A stretch of DNA of 64,000 nucleotides from Octopus bimaculoides (lineage: Eukaryota): assembly GCF_001194135.2 (NCBI RefSeq), contig NC_068989.1, positions 34,902,292 through 34,966,291 of the forward strand, read 5' to 3'. Under the pieces are notes generated by a model. That model was not told the DNA's origin. It searched no databases and saw nothing but the letters and a program-made list of their open reading frames with translations. Of this stretch, positions 1 to 12,521 are shown one piece after another. Position 1 is the first letter of the stretch. Each line of letters starts with the position of its first letter. A program made the translations under genes and the position numbers.

Positions 1-13
1 GTTTGTTGTTTTT

Positions 14-400
14 TAGTTACCTCCGCCAAGGAAGGAGGTTATGTTTACATCGGTGTTGGTTTGTCTGTCTGTCTGTCTGTGTACAAAATAACTCAAGAAG
101 TTGTGAATGGTATTTGATGAAGCTTGCAGGAAAAGTTGGTAATAACACAAGGAACAGATGATGAAATTTTGGTAGTGATCCGTGAATTTTTATGGATTCT
201 TGAAGGATTTTTCATTTGTTATATTTACTTTACATGAAGTATTACAATGTTACATTCTTTGATTATCTCCCTTGAAAACACGTTCATTGTTTCCATGTAA
301 CCTATGGTGGCGTTGCTGTTTCCAAAATTTATTTTCGTTTCTCTATTAGTAATTTTACTTGCGTATCTATCTTAAAATGAGCCGCTTAGTGGAGGTCTGC
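14..400 (+). mobile_element. Non-autonomous Helentron/DINE-1-like (HINE) element
   Basis: Begins TTACCTCCGCCAAGG..GGAGG hairpin, has a (GTCT)n core and ends near a GGAGG motif. The architecture is the same as 60920-61292. Confidence 0.55.
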
Positions 401-419
401 AGAGGATAACTTGACATGC

Positions 420-800
420 CTTGACTATTGGGATTGACTCAAAAAGCTCAGGCTTTGCTCCCTCCGCTGCTGTGAGCTCTATATCATCTGTATGATGTGG
501 AAAATATTCCATCAACATTGCCCATCTTTAAAATTCGTCTGAGGCTTGGCCCCAGTGCCATCCATCCACTACAGAAATGTTTGTGTCATATCACAACACT
601 ATGACAGAACTATTTCACCTCAATTGGCCCTCCTCTCTTCAACATTGTGCTATACACACATAAAAGAGGAAAGTGACTTCATGACATTCAAATGATCCCT
701 AGATGATTACCCCAACAAATACCAGATAAACCACCCACACCCAGATATGTCTCTGAAAACAATAACCCTCTGCTTGAATGGGCTACGGTTCCCCAGAGTT
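420..800 (+). mobile_element. Degenerate 3' end of a non-LTR retrotransposon (CR1/Jockey group)
   Basis: Broken frames give YFTSIGPPLFNI and IPDKPPTPRYVSENNNPLLEW, resembling LINE RT C-terminal tails. Confidence 0.5.
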
Positions 801-825
801 GACTGTGTATCTCTTTCAGGTGGTT

Positions 826-1605
826 NNNNNNNNNNNNNNNNNNNNNNNNNNNNNNNNNNNNNNNNNNNNNNNNNNNNNNNNNNNNNNNNNNNNNNNNNNN
901 NNNNNNNNNNNNNNNNNNNNNNNNNNNNNNNNNNNNNNNNNNNNNNNNNNNNNNNNNNNNNNNNNNNNNNNNNNNNNNNNNNNNNNNNNNNNNNNNNNNN
1001 NNNNNNNNNNNNNNNNNNNNNNNNNNNNNNNNNNNNNNNNNNNNNNNNNNNNNNNNNNNNNNNNNNNNNNNNNNNNNNNNNNNNNNNNNNNNNNNNNNNN
1101 NNNNNNNNNNNNNNNNNNNNNNNNNNNNNNNNNNNNNNNNNNNNNNNNNNNNNNNNNNNNNNNNNNNNNNNNNNNNNNNNNNNNNNNNNNNNNNNNNNNN
1201 NNNNNNNNNNNNNNNNNNNNNNNNNNNNNNNNNNNNNNNNNNNNNNNNNNNNNNNNNNNNNNNNNNNNNNNNNNNNNNNNNNNNNNNNNNNNNNNNNNNN
1301 NNNNNNNNNNNNNNNNNNNNNNNNNNNNNNNNNNNNNNNNNNNNNNNNNNNNNNNNNNNNNNNNNNNNNNNNNNNNNNNNNNNNNNNNNNNNNNNNNNNN
1401 NNNNNNNNNNNNNNNNNNNNNNNNNNNNNNNNNNNNNNNNNNNNNNNNNNNNNNNNNNNNNNNNNNNNNNNNNNNNNNNNNNNNNNNNNNNNNNNNNNNN
1501 NNNNNNNNNNNNNNNNNNNNNNNNNNNNNNNNNNNNNNNNNNNNNNNNNNNNNNNNNNNNNNNNNNNNNNNNNNNNNNNNNNNNNNNNNNNNNNNNNNNN
1601 NNNNT
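826..1605. other. Assembly gap (780 N)
   Basis: Run of N. Confidence 1.
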
Positions 1606-1922
1606 ATTCTTTTATTCTTTTACTTATTTCAGTCATTTGACTGTGGCCTTGCTGGAGCGCCACCTTTAGTCGAACAAATTAACCCCAGGACATATTCTGT
1701 TGGTCTCTTTTGCTGAACCACTAGGCTACAGCGGATATAAACACACCAACATTGGTTGTCAAGCGATGGAGGTGGGACAAACACAGATACACACACACCA
1801 ATATATATACGACGTGCTTCTTTCAGTTTCAGTCTATCATATCTACTCACAAGGCTTTGGTCAGCCCGAGGCTATAGCAGAAGACATTTGCCCAAGGTGC
1901 CACGCAGTGGGACTGGACCCAG
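1606..1922 (-). mobile_element. tRNA-derived SINE fragments (two adjacent families)
   Basis: Both segments recur in the window: 1606-1800 resembles 31160-31360, and 1815-1922 resembles 41850-41995 and the reverse complement of 62770-62930. Confidence 0.7.
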
Positions 1923-2616
1923 AGCTTATATACAATGACCATAATGGACTTCTACCTCCACAGTTTGAAGAGGTATATGACTAAGGGAATTCTACTTTCA
2001 TAGTTTGAAGGGGTATATGACTTTTATACTGAATAATGGCAAGTGAAATCTTTTTCATTTTTGTTTAGGTGTGCGCAGGGATGTATTATAGGCACATTTA
2101 TGGCTGAGTGGTTAAGAAGTTTGCTTCCACTGCTTGGCCAAGTGTTTTTCTACTGTAGCCCTCGGTTGACCAAAGCCTTGTGTGGAGATTTGGTGGATGG
2201 AAACTAAAAGGAGCCCATTGTGTATGTGTGTGTGTGTGTGTGAATGTCTACCCCTCTCTAGACATTGCTGTCATACAAGTAATGTTGTTTGTTTCCTGTC
2301 TTCCATGGAAAATATGTCTGGCCATGGGAAATATTACCTTGCTTGGGAACAAGTGAGGGCAGGCTGGCAACAAGAAGGGCATCCAGTTGTAGAAAATCTG
2401 CCCCTTGCAAATATGGCAAAGGGAATGTTAAATGATGACAATGATGTGGACTTGTCTAGATCTTAACACAGCAACACACACACAAAAAAAAAAAACTGGT
2501 TTCAGTTAGATCACCTAATGATATATTGTTTTGACAATTTTGTTTGTTTCAAAAATAAAATTCTACTAAAAGTTGGCAATAGGTTATAACCTGGTTTTAT
2601 AATTGTCTGTTTATAG

Positions 2617-2744
2617 ATTTCTGCAAAAGAGAGTCGAAAACGTCGTCAAGAATATGTCGATGGATTAGAAAAACGAGTTAAATTTTGCACAGTTGAAAAC
2701 CAACAATTACACAAAAAGATTATGAATTTGGAGAAACAGAATAT
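2617..2744 (+). CDS. CREB3L: CREB3-like exon: bZIP basic region/zipper
   Basis: ttatag|ATT...AAT AT|gtaagt; encodes [21 protein letters not shown]...EKQN. Confidence 0.93.
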
Positions 2745-3545
2745 GTAAGTTTTAACTTGATCTTAATAAACAGTTTTGGCTTCTTGTTACTGTTATTTAA
2801 GAATACAGGATGGAAGAATTGGTGCATAGTCTTGCAGTACTTAGTTATGTCTCTATAAATTGAGGTCAACCCTTTTTTTTTTTTGTCTTTCAAATCTTCC
2901 ATGATTGATAAAAAAGTACAACTTTTTATACTGGGGTTTTCTGACTTAGAAATCATTCACATTTTGCCCAAATCAGCCTTCATGAAGAAAGTTCATATAT
3001 TACCAGCAATAGTGTATCTTGGACTACATTATTTAATGTAAATCATTTATAACAGTGGAACTCAAGGTACATAAAACTATATAATAGTTTGAAGAATATT
3101 GGGTTAAAACCCCCATGGAAAGTTGCCCTTAGGACTTGAACCCACATTTTCTCTAAATATGACATATGTTCTACAATTACATCAAAGTAACCCTTCAAAT
3201 TTTTGCCATCCATTTTAGAAGCTTTGTTCTTAGCAACAAGAATTGCGTATTGTCTACATCATTAGAATTTAGAAACTTCAAGAGTTATGAAATAAATTGT
3301 TATTAATGGTCGAACATGAAGAAGATAAAGCTGTAAATAATAGCATTTAGACTATTGGGTTACAAAAACCTTTTGGAAAGAAAAAGTCAAGGCTTTTATG
3401 AGACCTATTTTTAGAGGATAGGGTGTGGTTTGAGAGGGATTGGAATTGCAAAGTAATTGACTTCATAGCAGCTTGCTTATTGAGTTGTTAAAGAAATCTT
3501 TATTTCTTTATATGTCCCTTGTGTTTTCTTTTCTTTATATGTCCC

Positions 3546-3582
<37 letters not shown>

Positions 3583-6561
3583 CGTGCATTCCTTTCCATT
3601 CTTTCATCCCTCTGTGGTTGAAATAATTTGTAGAATTTGAGGCATTGGCCTATTATTAGTGTTATTGTGCTTATTATTATTGGATTCCTTTGGTGGTGCA
3701 CCAGCATGACCGCAGCCACTTGGCTGAAACACATAAATAAATAAATAAATATGAAGTAAAAGTAGAAGCTATGATTGTTGTCAAAATAATTCTACTATTT
3801 CTTAGTTGTTATTGATCTCGTTGCTATTGTCAGCAACAATAGCTACTACTACTACTGCTATAGCTACTGTTTATAGTATTTTAATGCTAATTTTACTTCA
3901 TTACTATGGTTCCACACTTATTCTCTTGTCATGAATTTAGCTGAAAGCCAAAACCTCAGAATATTTGCTTTTGTTATTTAATCCTAGGTCAGCTCTGGTT
4001 CAACAGTCTTATGATCAAAGATGTCCCTATTGTGACTATCTATTATTTCTAACGGATCAAACAACTTCATAGAAGCTCCCTAATTGGCTTAAATAAAGAC
4101 ATATTTAATTTGGTTCTGTCAATTGATTAAGTTTGAATTGTTGACCTCATACTGTAAATTCCACGAATCTATGGAATTTATTGTGTGAGGTCAGACTGAT
4201 ACAAACCCTATCAAGAGGTTTGATAAGATGTTAAGTCTGATGCAGATAACTTCATTTTTGTTTTTTCTATTTGTAGTTCCCTAGTAACACAAATGAAAAA
4301 GTTGCAATCTTTGATTATGTCTTCAACTAATAAACCAGTTCAGACAAGCACATGTCTTATGGTAAGTTTATGTCATTGTTTTGTTATATGGTATCCCCGG
4401 GCTTTATATTGTTTGATTGGTTTGAAGAGAGGCTGCGTGAATGTGATAAGATTAAATTGATGCAAGTTGACGACTGCAAGAAAGGTTTGTGCAAGGAGGC
4501 AATTCCAAGGGATTGGCATTCTGGGAAGAATGGACTGGGTGTATACGGTTAATACAGGTCCTGAAGAGTTTGATATATGAATTATTAGTAGAGGAAAGAT
4601 GAATGTGTTGAGAGTAGCTGAGTGCAAGTAGCACATGGCCAAACAGCTTCAATCAGCAAAAACCATTGCATTTGCATTAGAAAATGGCAGAAGACAGTAC
4701 ATCTGTGGGTTTTAGTTTGGAGTGGGTGAATGAGCTTTCTCTGCAAGCAGTTACAGTATAGCTGTAGCACATATGGGAACAGTATTCCAGTGTGGATCTC
4801 TGGGTCTCACTTGAACTTTGTTGAAGACTAAAGTATTTTCCAGCCCTGAAGAGAAAAGTTTTTACAGTGCCATTTTTGCTGTGAAGGTCAGATGGGTGTG
4901 TGTGCATGTGTATGTATGTGTGTGTGTGCATGCGTCTCTCTCTCATATATATATCACAATTTCATTAAAACATTTTAAAACATTCCTTTGAAATTCCCAA
5001 CTTTCATGATTCTGTAAAAAACAATCATGAAGAAGTCCTTATCAGTATATAAGAATCATTATTAACACTGTTAATTATTTTCTCAACATAGGTATTATTG
5101 TTATCTTTTGCCTTGATTGTGGTGCCAGCTGTTAACCCATTTCGGTCAAAGTCTAACACTTCTACTCAAATTGTCTCACAAGGACGGATGCCAGGTAATT
5201 ATTTTTTTATGTAGTTTTTTTTTTTTAATTTTCATGATATAGTTAATTCAACAACTGAAATTTTTTTTGTCCAGTCAGACCATATTTCAATATTTGGCCA
5301 TTGGGATATGACTTGGAGACCTGTCAACTTTCTCTAAGACATTTCTGCTATTTGCAAATATCTTGATTTCTCTGAATGTGAAGTATGAAAAGTTAAACTG
5401 CATATAGGCTTTCAACTTCTTCCTTGGATGATGCTAAGTTATTTGTTTTGTTTTTTGGGGTGGGGATGCACCAAGGACTTATGAAATGCTTGCTTTTTTT
5501 CTCTCCATTTCCTGCAGTTATTCTCTGCTTGTGAATCAACAAATTCACATCAAGTAGGAATATAATAGATTCTCTTTAACAAATGCACATATTTTTACAT
5601 TACATACACACACACACACACACACACAAATACACACACACACACAAATACACACACACACACACTTATCAAACATAACTTATCTTACATAAATAGAGAA
5701 AACCTATACCATTTATGCATTGCAGACAAATACCGTATAATTACTGAGGAATTCAAATAAAGTTAAGCAAGAGGATAGAGATAACATCAAAGTATTGTCA
5801 TGGAAACAAATCTCACTTGTCAAATTACAACAGCAAAATAGAATGTGATTAATTGAACACATAAACAAAAAAAATAGAGCCAATCATAAGTTTACGACAC
5901 ACTGGGCCCATGGCGATTAATAGTAACGATGTCATTGATATTGCAAGACTCTTTCAATGATATACTTGAAGTAATAGATGAGTAATCAATGGTGATTATG
6001 ATATGTTTCTGTTAGAATTAGTAAGTGCATATATATGTATTTATATATATATGCATCGTCATCGTCGTTTAACGTCCGCTTTCCATGCTAGCATGGGTTG
6101 GACGATTTGACTGAGGACTGGTGAAACCACTTCTCTTTCTTCAGGCTCCAATCTGATTTGGCAGAGTTTCTACAGCTGGATGCCCTTCATATATATATAT
6201 ATATATATATCATCATCATCATCGTCATCATCATCATCATATATATATATATATATATATATGGTTGGCATTAGTAAGGGCATCCAGCTGTAGAAACATT
6301 GCCAGATCAGATTGGAGCTTAGTGCAGCCACTGGCTCTCTGGACCTCAGTCAAATTATCCAACCCATATATGTATGTGTGTGTGTATGTATGTGTGTATA
6401 TATATGTGTGTATATATGCATGTTTGTATATATATATATATATATATGTATGTGTATATATGTATGTATGTATATACATATATATATACATATATATGCA
6501 TGTATATACATATTTATATGTATGTATATGTATATATGCATGTTTATACATATTTATATGG

Positions 6562-6609
<48 letters not shown>

Positions 6610-8320
6610 NNNNNNNNNNNNNNNNNNNNNNNNNNNNNNNNNNNNNNNNNNNNNNNNNNNNNNNNNNNNNNNNNNNNNNNNNNNNNNNNNNNNNNNNNNN
6701 NNNNNNNNNNNNNNNNNNNNNNNNNNNNNNNNNNNNNNNNNNNNNNNNNNNNNNNNNNNNNNNNNNNNNNNNNNNNNNNNNNNNNNNNNNNNNNNNNNNN
6801 NNNNNNNNNNNNNNNNNNNNNNNNNNNNNNNNNNNNNNNNNNNNNNNNNNNNNNNNNNNNNNNNNNNNNNNNNNNNNNNNNNNNNNNNNNNNNNNNNNNN
6901 NNNNNNNNNNNNNNNNNNNNNNNNNNNNNNNNNNNNNNNNNNNNNNNNNNNNNNNNNNNNNNNNNNNNNNNNNNNNNNNNNNNNNNNNNNNNNNNNNNNN
7001 NNNNNNNNNNNNNNNNNNNNNNNNNNNNNNNNNNNNNNNNNNNNNNNNNNNNNNNNNNNNNNNNNNNNNNNNNNNNNNNNNNNNNNNNNNNNNNNNNNNN
7101 NNNNNNNNNNNNNNNNNNNNNNNNNNNNNNNNNNNNNNNNNNNNNNNNNNNNNNNNNNNNNNNNNNNNNNNNNNNNNNNNNNNNNNNNNNNNNNNNNNNN
7201 NNNNNNNNNNNNNNNNNNNNNNNNNNNNNNNNNNNNNNNNNNNNNNNNNNNNNNNNNNNNNNNNNNNNNNNNNNNNNNNNNNNNNNNNNNNNNNNNNNNN
7301 NNNNNNNNNNNNNNNNNNNNNNNNNNNNNNNNNNNNNNNNNNNNNNNNNNNNNNNNNNNNNNNNNNNNNNNNNNNNNNNNNTATATATATATATATATCA
7401 TTATCATCATTATCATTTAATGTCTGTCTTCCATGCTGGCATGGGTTGGATGGTTTGACGTTTACCAGCCTTGTAGAAGACTACACAAGGCTACTGTGTC
7501 TGTTTTGGTTGGCATGGTTTTTATGGCTGGATACTCTTCCTAACAGCAACCACCCTGTATATATATATATCTATATATACACACACACACACTTGTATGT
7601 ATGTTTATATTTTTCTGGTGTCTCTTTTTAGGAAATTCGCGAAGTTTGCTGCAGAAAATGGACGACCGATGTTCTTCAAATGATGACAGTTATCCAATGT
7701 TTTTACAAAGGAATCGTTTTCAAAATCAACTACAATCGCCAGCTGTTTGTTCATTGACACAACCACTTAAATCTGATATACCTGATTCAGATATTGATAA
7801 AGAATATGGTCCAGAACTTTACAAAGTCCATGATCAACAGATTTTCAAAGAAAATGATCATAAATCTTACAAAGGCTATTATCCAGATGTTTTCAAAGAA
7901 CATGATCCAGAGTTGTACAAAGCATATGGTCCTACATTTTATAAAGAACAAACTCCAGAAATATATAATATGCTGGATCAAGAAATTTACAAAGAACAAT
8001 ATGAAGAAATCTATGAAAACCATGATGAGGAAACTTACAAAGTGCTAAATGATAAATATACTGGACAGGATCAAGAATTTTACAAAATATTGGATGAACA
8101 ATTTGTGAAAGAACCCAACCAAGAAATTTTTAAAGAAATGGATAATAATATTTACAAAGAACAGCCAATGTCATTTGATGAAGTTGATGGTCTTGATTTA
8201 CCTGAACATATTTTAAAACCAAATGCATCTATACGTGTTGTAGCTTCTATCCAACCTGGAACAGGTTCAATATCTGGAGATATTAAACGTTCACTTCAAA
8301 CATCAGGTGCTACAGATTAG
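2617..8320 (+). CDS. CREB3L: CREB3/Luman-family ER-membrane bZIP transcription factor, 3' part (exons 2617-2744, 4277-4361, 5092-5194, 7632-8320; 5' exons upstream of the window or in the gap)
   Basis: The spliced translation gives [53 protein letters not shown] (basic region plus leucine zipper). It continues [24 protein letters not shown] (TM segment typical of CREB3/L3/L4) and then RSLL (RxxL site-1-protease motif). All junctions are GT-AG with matching phases (2, 0, 1); 1005 nt = 334 aa + stop. The exact paralog is not resolvable. Confidence 0.93.
4277..4361 (+). CDS. CREB3L: CREB3-like exon: zipper end to start of TM
   Basis: ttgtag|T TCC...ATG|gtaagt; encodes [28 protein letters not shown]. 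Confidence 0.92.
5092..5194 (+). CDS. CREB3L: CREB3-like exon: transmembrane helix
   Basis: acatag|GTA...CCA G|gtaatt; encodes [34 protein letters not shown]. Confidence 0.92.
6190..6609. repeat. (TA)n/(CAT)n/(TATG)n microsatellite tract with an embedded RTE 3' fragment
   Basis: Directly visible; it produces the spurious YI/VC-rich ORFs. Confidence 0.95.
6610..7381. other. Assembly gap (772 N)
   Basis: Run of N. Confidence 1.
7632..8320 (+). CDS. CREB3L: CREB3-like terminal exon: S1P site and luminal domain
   Basis: ttttag|GA AAT TCG CGA AGT TTG CTG (GNSRSLL). Open to TAG at 8318-8320; matches ORF-track frame 7601-8320. Confidence 0.9.
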
Positions 8321-8363
8321 ACTAAAGACAATTGTTGAATGCATTTCTTATTGACTCTCATAA

Positions 8364-8369
8364 AATAAA
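8364..8369 (+). promoter_or_regulatory. Candidate polyadenylation signal of the CREB3-like gene
   Basis: AATAAA 43 nt after the stop codon. The AT-rich context makes chance hits common. Confidence 0.35.
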
Positions 8370-11300
8370 ATAAGCTGGAGTTGTATTATTTTTAACTGGC
8401 AGAGCTTTTTACTACATCCAATGGCTTTGGTTTCTCTGCTTGCTAAAAATATTTGCAATAAGAATAATCTATATTAAAGATTATTTCTATTGTGTATGTG
8501 TGCGCGTGTGCATGTGTGTGTGTGTGTGTGCGTGCACGCGCGCGTGTGTGTGTGTATATATATGCATGCATGTGTATGTATATATGGGAGTAAAGGCATA
8601 TATATATATGTATGGGTGTGTAGGTATGTATGTATGGATGTGCATAAACAGGATGTATAGTTTATTTATATTTTAAAAAAATATTTGGACAAATTTTTTT
8701 GTTTGATATAGGACATATTGAACACTATAAAAAGTTCAAGTAGTTATGCCAAGAACTAAATTTGATAAAAACACAGTGTGTTTGCTGTAATATATAATTC
8801 AATATATAATTCAATATTTTTACTGGTCAAAATATTTCACAAATATTGATGATGATGATGATGACGATAATGGTGTCAACACCAATGATAATAATGATGA
8901 AGAATTTTTATTGTGCAGCTGTTGCTCTGTTTTTCCAGTCAGAGAGTAGATTCCGTATGCAATTTTAGTAAATATTCCAAACGTTTTATCCCTGCTTCAG
9001 AAAATAATATTTTGACTCAGTGAAAGCAAATATATTAACTGTAATCAATAATTAACTAAATAAAGGTATTTTTATAAATCAATAAAATTAATTTAGGTTA
9101 GATTAATTTTGAAAATTAGTGGTAAATTACATTATATTGCACTTAATGTCTAGACTGGTTTAATTTACTTGTATATATGTGAGAACTATCTAAAAGCAAC
9201 ATTATAATTTTCCTTTGTTTATTTCTTGTTTTAATTTTGTATAATATAAAAACAGGTTTAAAGGACTCTAATGAGGATTTGGTTTTTAATTTTAGTATGA
9301 AACATTAGTGGTATATTGTGGGCATAAAATACAGACTGTGCTGAATAATTAAAACATAAGCATATTAGTAATATTATTCCACACTTTAGTATGTTAAGAA
9401 GCAGGGCATACACTGAATTGATAAGAACTGTGTAAGAGTGTGTATGTATCATGCAATGAGTACACTTGTTAAGAAGATAAGAAGCCTGGTCTGAAAAATA
9501 AATGAAGAAACTCGTTTCTGATATTGAAGAAGACTTGGACATCTCCTAATTCTACACAAGAATGTACAAAAGAAGTTTTATTTATGTATAGATTTCATAT
9601 AAAAATTATATTGGTAAATGATATAATTACACACACACATGCTTACACATGTGTATATCAAAATTTGCTGATTCATTCATAATATCCCTGTCTCTGTATG
9701 TATGTACATGCATTTGTGATTATATATGCATGTGTGTGTGTTTGTGTGTGTGTGCGTGTGTGCGTGTGCACATTTTGCATGTGTTTGTGGTGTACATAAA
9801 AATATATATAAAAATATATTCCATATACACTGAATTGCTAATGTTTTAGTTATGTACACTGGATGTGAAGTAGCACATGTATGCATAAATGTTATATGCT
9901 TACATATTATAACATAATATTGTGATATATGCAAATCAGACTAAAATATTTTAACTGCTAAAATGTATTTTAGTCTCTAATATTACTTTTAAAAAAAAGA
10001 AAAAAACAGAGGAAAATAGAGGATATTTTTACATAACCAGATATAAATATAATTTGAATATAATTGAACAAAAAGCTGTGATTATATATGTATAATAATT
10101 TAGAATCTGTGTTGCTTGAAGTTTCATCAGTTCATTGAAATGCTTTGATATTTGAAGACATTTTTATCATTGCACTTTATTTGCATTTTATTTGGCATCT
10201 GTATCAAATAATTTACAGACTGATTTTTATCATCTTTTATTCAAATCAAGTGGTGAACATTGGTTTTTCTTTACCTTACAAAGTTGAATCAATACATATT
10301 TTCTTCTTTTATATCTCATTAAAACTGTCTTTTGTTTTTGTCTATCCTTTTAACCCAATCTCTGGAAACATGGAAGAAAGGACTTTCATTGTTTATTTAT
10401 AAACATATTGACTTGACCCTTTTAATAGCAACCCACTTGAGACTGCCCCTGGCTTTTTTCTACAAACTTTCTGTTTTCAAGTGATCTAAATTAAATTTCA
10501 TATTAATTTATATTCCAAACATCAGCTTAACAAAGTTATTTTACTGAATTATTCATTATTTTTTAAATTACTTGAAATAAAGGGGGTGCTTTCAATAGAA
10601 ATATGGTAAGGAAAAAGTTAAAAACACTTATCAAGTTGTTATCAGAGAACAGAGAAACACAGTGTGTGTTCTTCTATCCATTTCTTTTCCTATCACTATT
10701 AGATATATGTGTCTGAGATAGTTGGACTTCAGAGAAGTTATTAAGAACAGGAAGTTTGGGAAAATTGTCTGGGCAATCCAGTGCCAGTAATAGTTCAACC
10801 CCTTGAATAACTCCTTGTAGTTTCAATTTTATCTCTCATTTTGCTGAGCTGAGATCCTGCTGAGTACGAATTTGCCTTTCATTTTTTTTTTAGTGTCAGA
10901 AAAATACCAGTAATACATCTGAGTTGAATCAGCACATTACTCTACAAAACTGACTCTATGTCTGCTCAAAAGAAACCTGTATTAGATATGAATGTTTAAT
11001 GACTTTAGGGAACATGCAGCAAGCTTTTGACATATTCTGTGTCGAATCATGATTTTGAATTTAATCTTATTTGCATTGAATTTTAAGCTTATTTGGTCTT
11101 AAGAAAAGCACATCTTCTACAATCTCATTTCTCCAGCTGTATAAATCTATGATGACCTTCGGTTTATATAGGAATATAAATGTCTGAAGTGTTGAAGAAT
11201 GATAATTAGTCATTATCATTTCACACCCACTTTTCCATGCTTGCAGGGTTACACAGCATTTGTTGATGCAGATTTTTCAATGCTATTTTTGCTGGCACCC

Positions 11301-11448
11301 CTCACTGGTTTCCAAGTAACGTAATATTTCCTATGGCCAGACATGTTTTCCAAGGAAGAATAGAAATAGACAATAATGATAGTAATGCTTGTTTATAGAC
11401 ACATATCAAGACTAGAGTACTCACAAACACTTATGTATCTCTCTGTAC

Positions 11449-11491
<43 letters not shown>

Positions 11492-11659
11492 TATCAAAGG
11501 GAAATGGAAATTAATTAAATTTTCACCTCCAAGTAGCCTAGCATATAAAAGTTTAGTCCAAAGACTATGAATTACTCATAAGGTACAGTGTATATTTAAA
11601 TACATAAGAAGAATCCACTCATGGGATTCCTTACGCTAGAAAGAAACTGCTAATGGTGT

Positions 11660-12505
11660 ATCTTACATGCCACCTGCACAGGAGCCGGTCCAGCGGCACT
11701 GGCAACGATCTCGCTCGAATGTCTTTACATGTGCCACCATCACAAGTGCCTGGAAGGCGACGCTGAGCACAGGTGCCATCACGATTTCACTTTCACTTGC
11801 TCCAAAGGTCTTCGCAAGCCGAGTTTCATGTCCAGCGAAGGAGATGACGTTGGCATGGGTGCCAGTTGTAGAATTTAGTTTGATTTCGATTTCATTTGCC
11901 TCAACAGGTCTTTGCAAGCGGAGTTTAGTGTCCAATGAAGTAAAGGTACGCATAAGTGGGCTGGCTACACCCCTGGCAGAGGCCTTGGATTTAGGTCTCA
12001 CTTGGCTTGCTGGGTCTTCTCATGCACAGCATGTTTCCAAAGGTCTCGGTCAGAAGTCATCGCCTCAGTGAGGCCCAATGTTCGAAGGTCATGCCTCACC
12101 ACCTCATCCCAGGTCTTCCTAAGCCTACCTCTTCCACAGGCTCCCTCAACTGCTAGGGTGTGGCATTTTTTCACAGCTATCCTCATCCATTCTCACCACA
12201 TGTCCATACCAGCGCAATCGTCTTTCTTGCACACCACAGCTGATGCTTCTTAGGTTCAACTTTTCTCTCAAGGTACTTACACTCTGTCTAGTATGCACAC
12301 TGATATTACACATCCATCGGAGCATACTAGCTTCATTCCTTGCAAGCCTACGAATGTCTTCAGCAGTCGTGGCCCAATTTGACTGAGGACTGGTGAACCC
12401 GGATGGCTACACCAGGCTCTAATCTGATTTGGCAGAGTTTCTACAGCTAGATGCCCTTCCTAACGCCAACCACTCCGAGAGTTAAACGATGATGATGATG
12501 ATGAT
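11660..12505. mobile_element. Nested 3' fragments of the RTE LINE (RT C-terminus plus repeat-rich 3' UTR)
   Basis: The minus strand encodes KKCHTLAVEGACGRGRLRKTWDEVVRHDLRTLGLTEAMTSDRDLWK, homologous to the end of the RTE at 35410-37530. Confidence 0.8.
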
Positions 12506-12521
12506 GACAATGATGATATAT

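Noticed and set aside
811-825. Acceptor-like CTCTTTCAG|GTGGTT just before the first gap, a possible upstream CREB3-like exon
   Set aside because: The rest is unsequenced and it follows a LINE remnant, so it cannot be supported.
707-1716. Long ORFs spanning N-runs (also 6265-7631 and 20946-21233)
   Set aside because: Artefacts of translating assembly gaps.
6237-6551. HT/YI/VC-rich ORFs here and at 8440, 9649, 13687, 16030-16705, 17776-18459, 25029-25313 and 51648
   Set aside because: Translations of (CA)n/(TA)n microsatellites or cryptic CA-rich repeats, with no domain signal.
10880-10990. SELNQHITL-like peptide suggestive of a C2H2 zinc finger
   Set aside because: No CxxC...HxxxH spacing and an in-frame stop; chance similarity.
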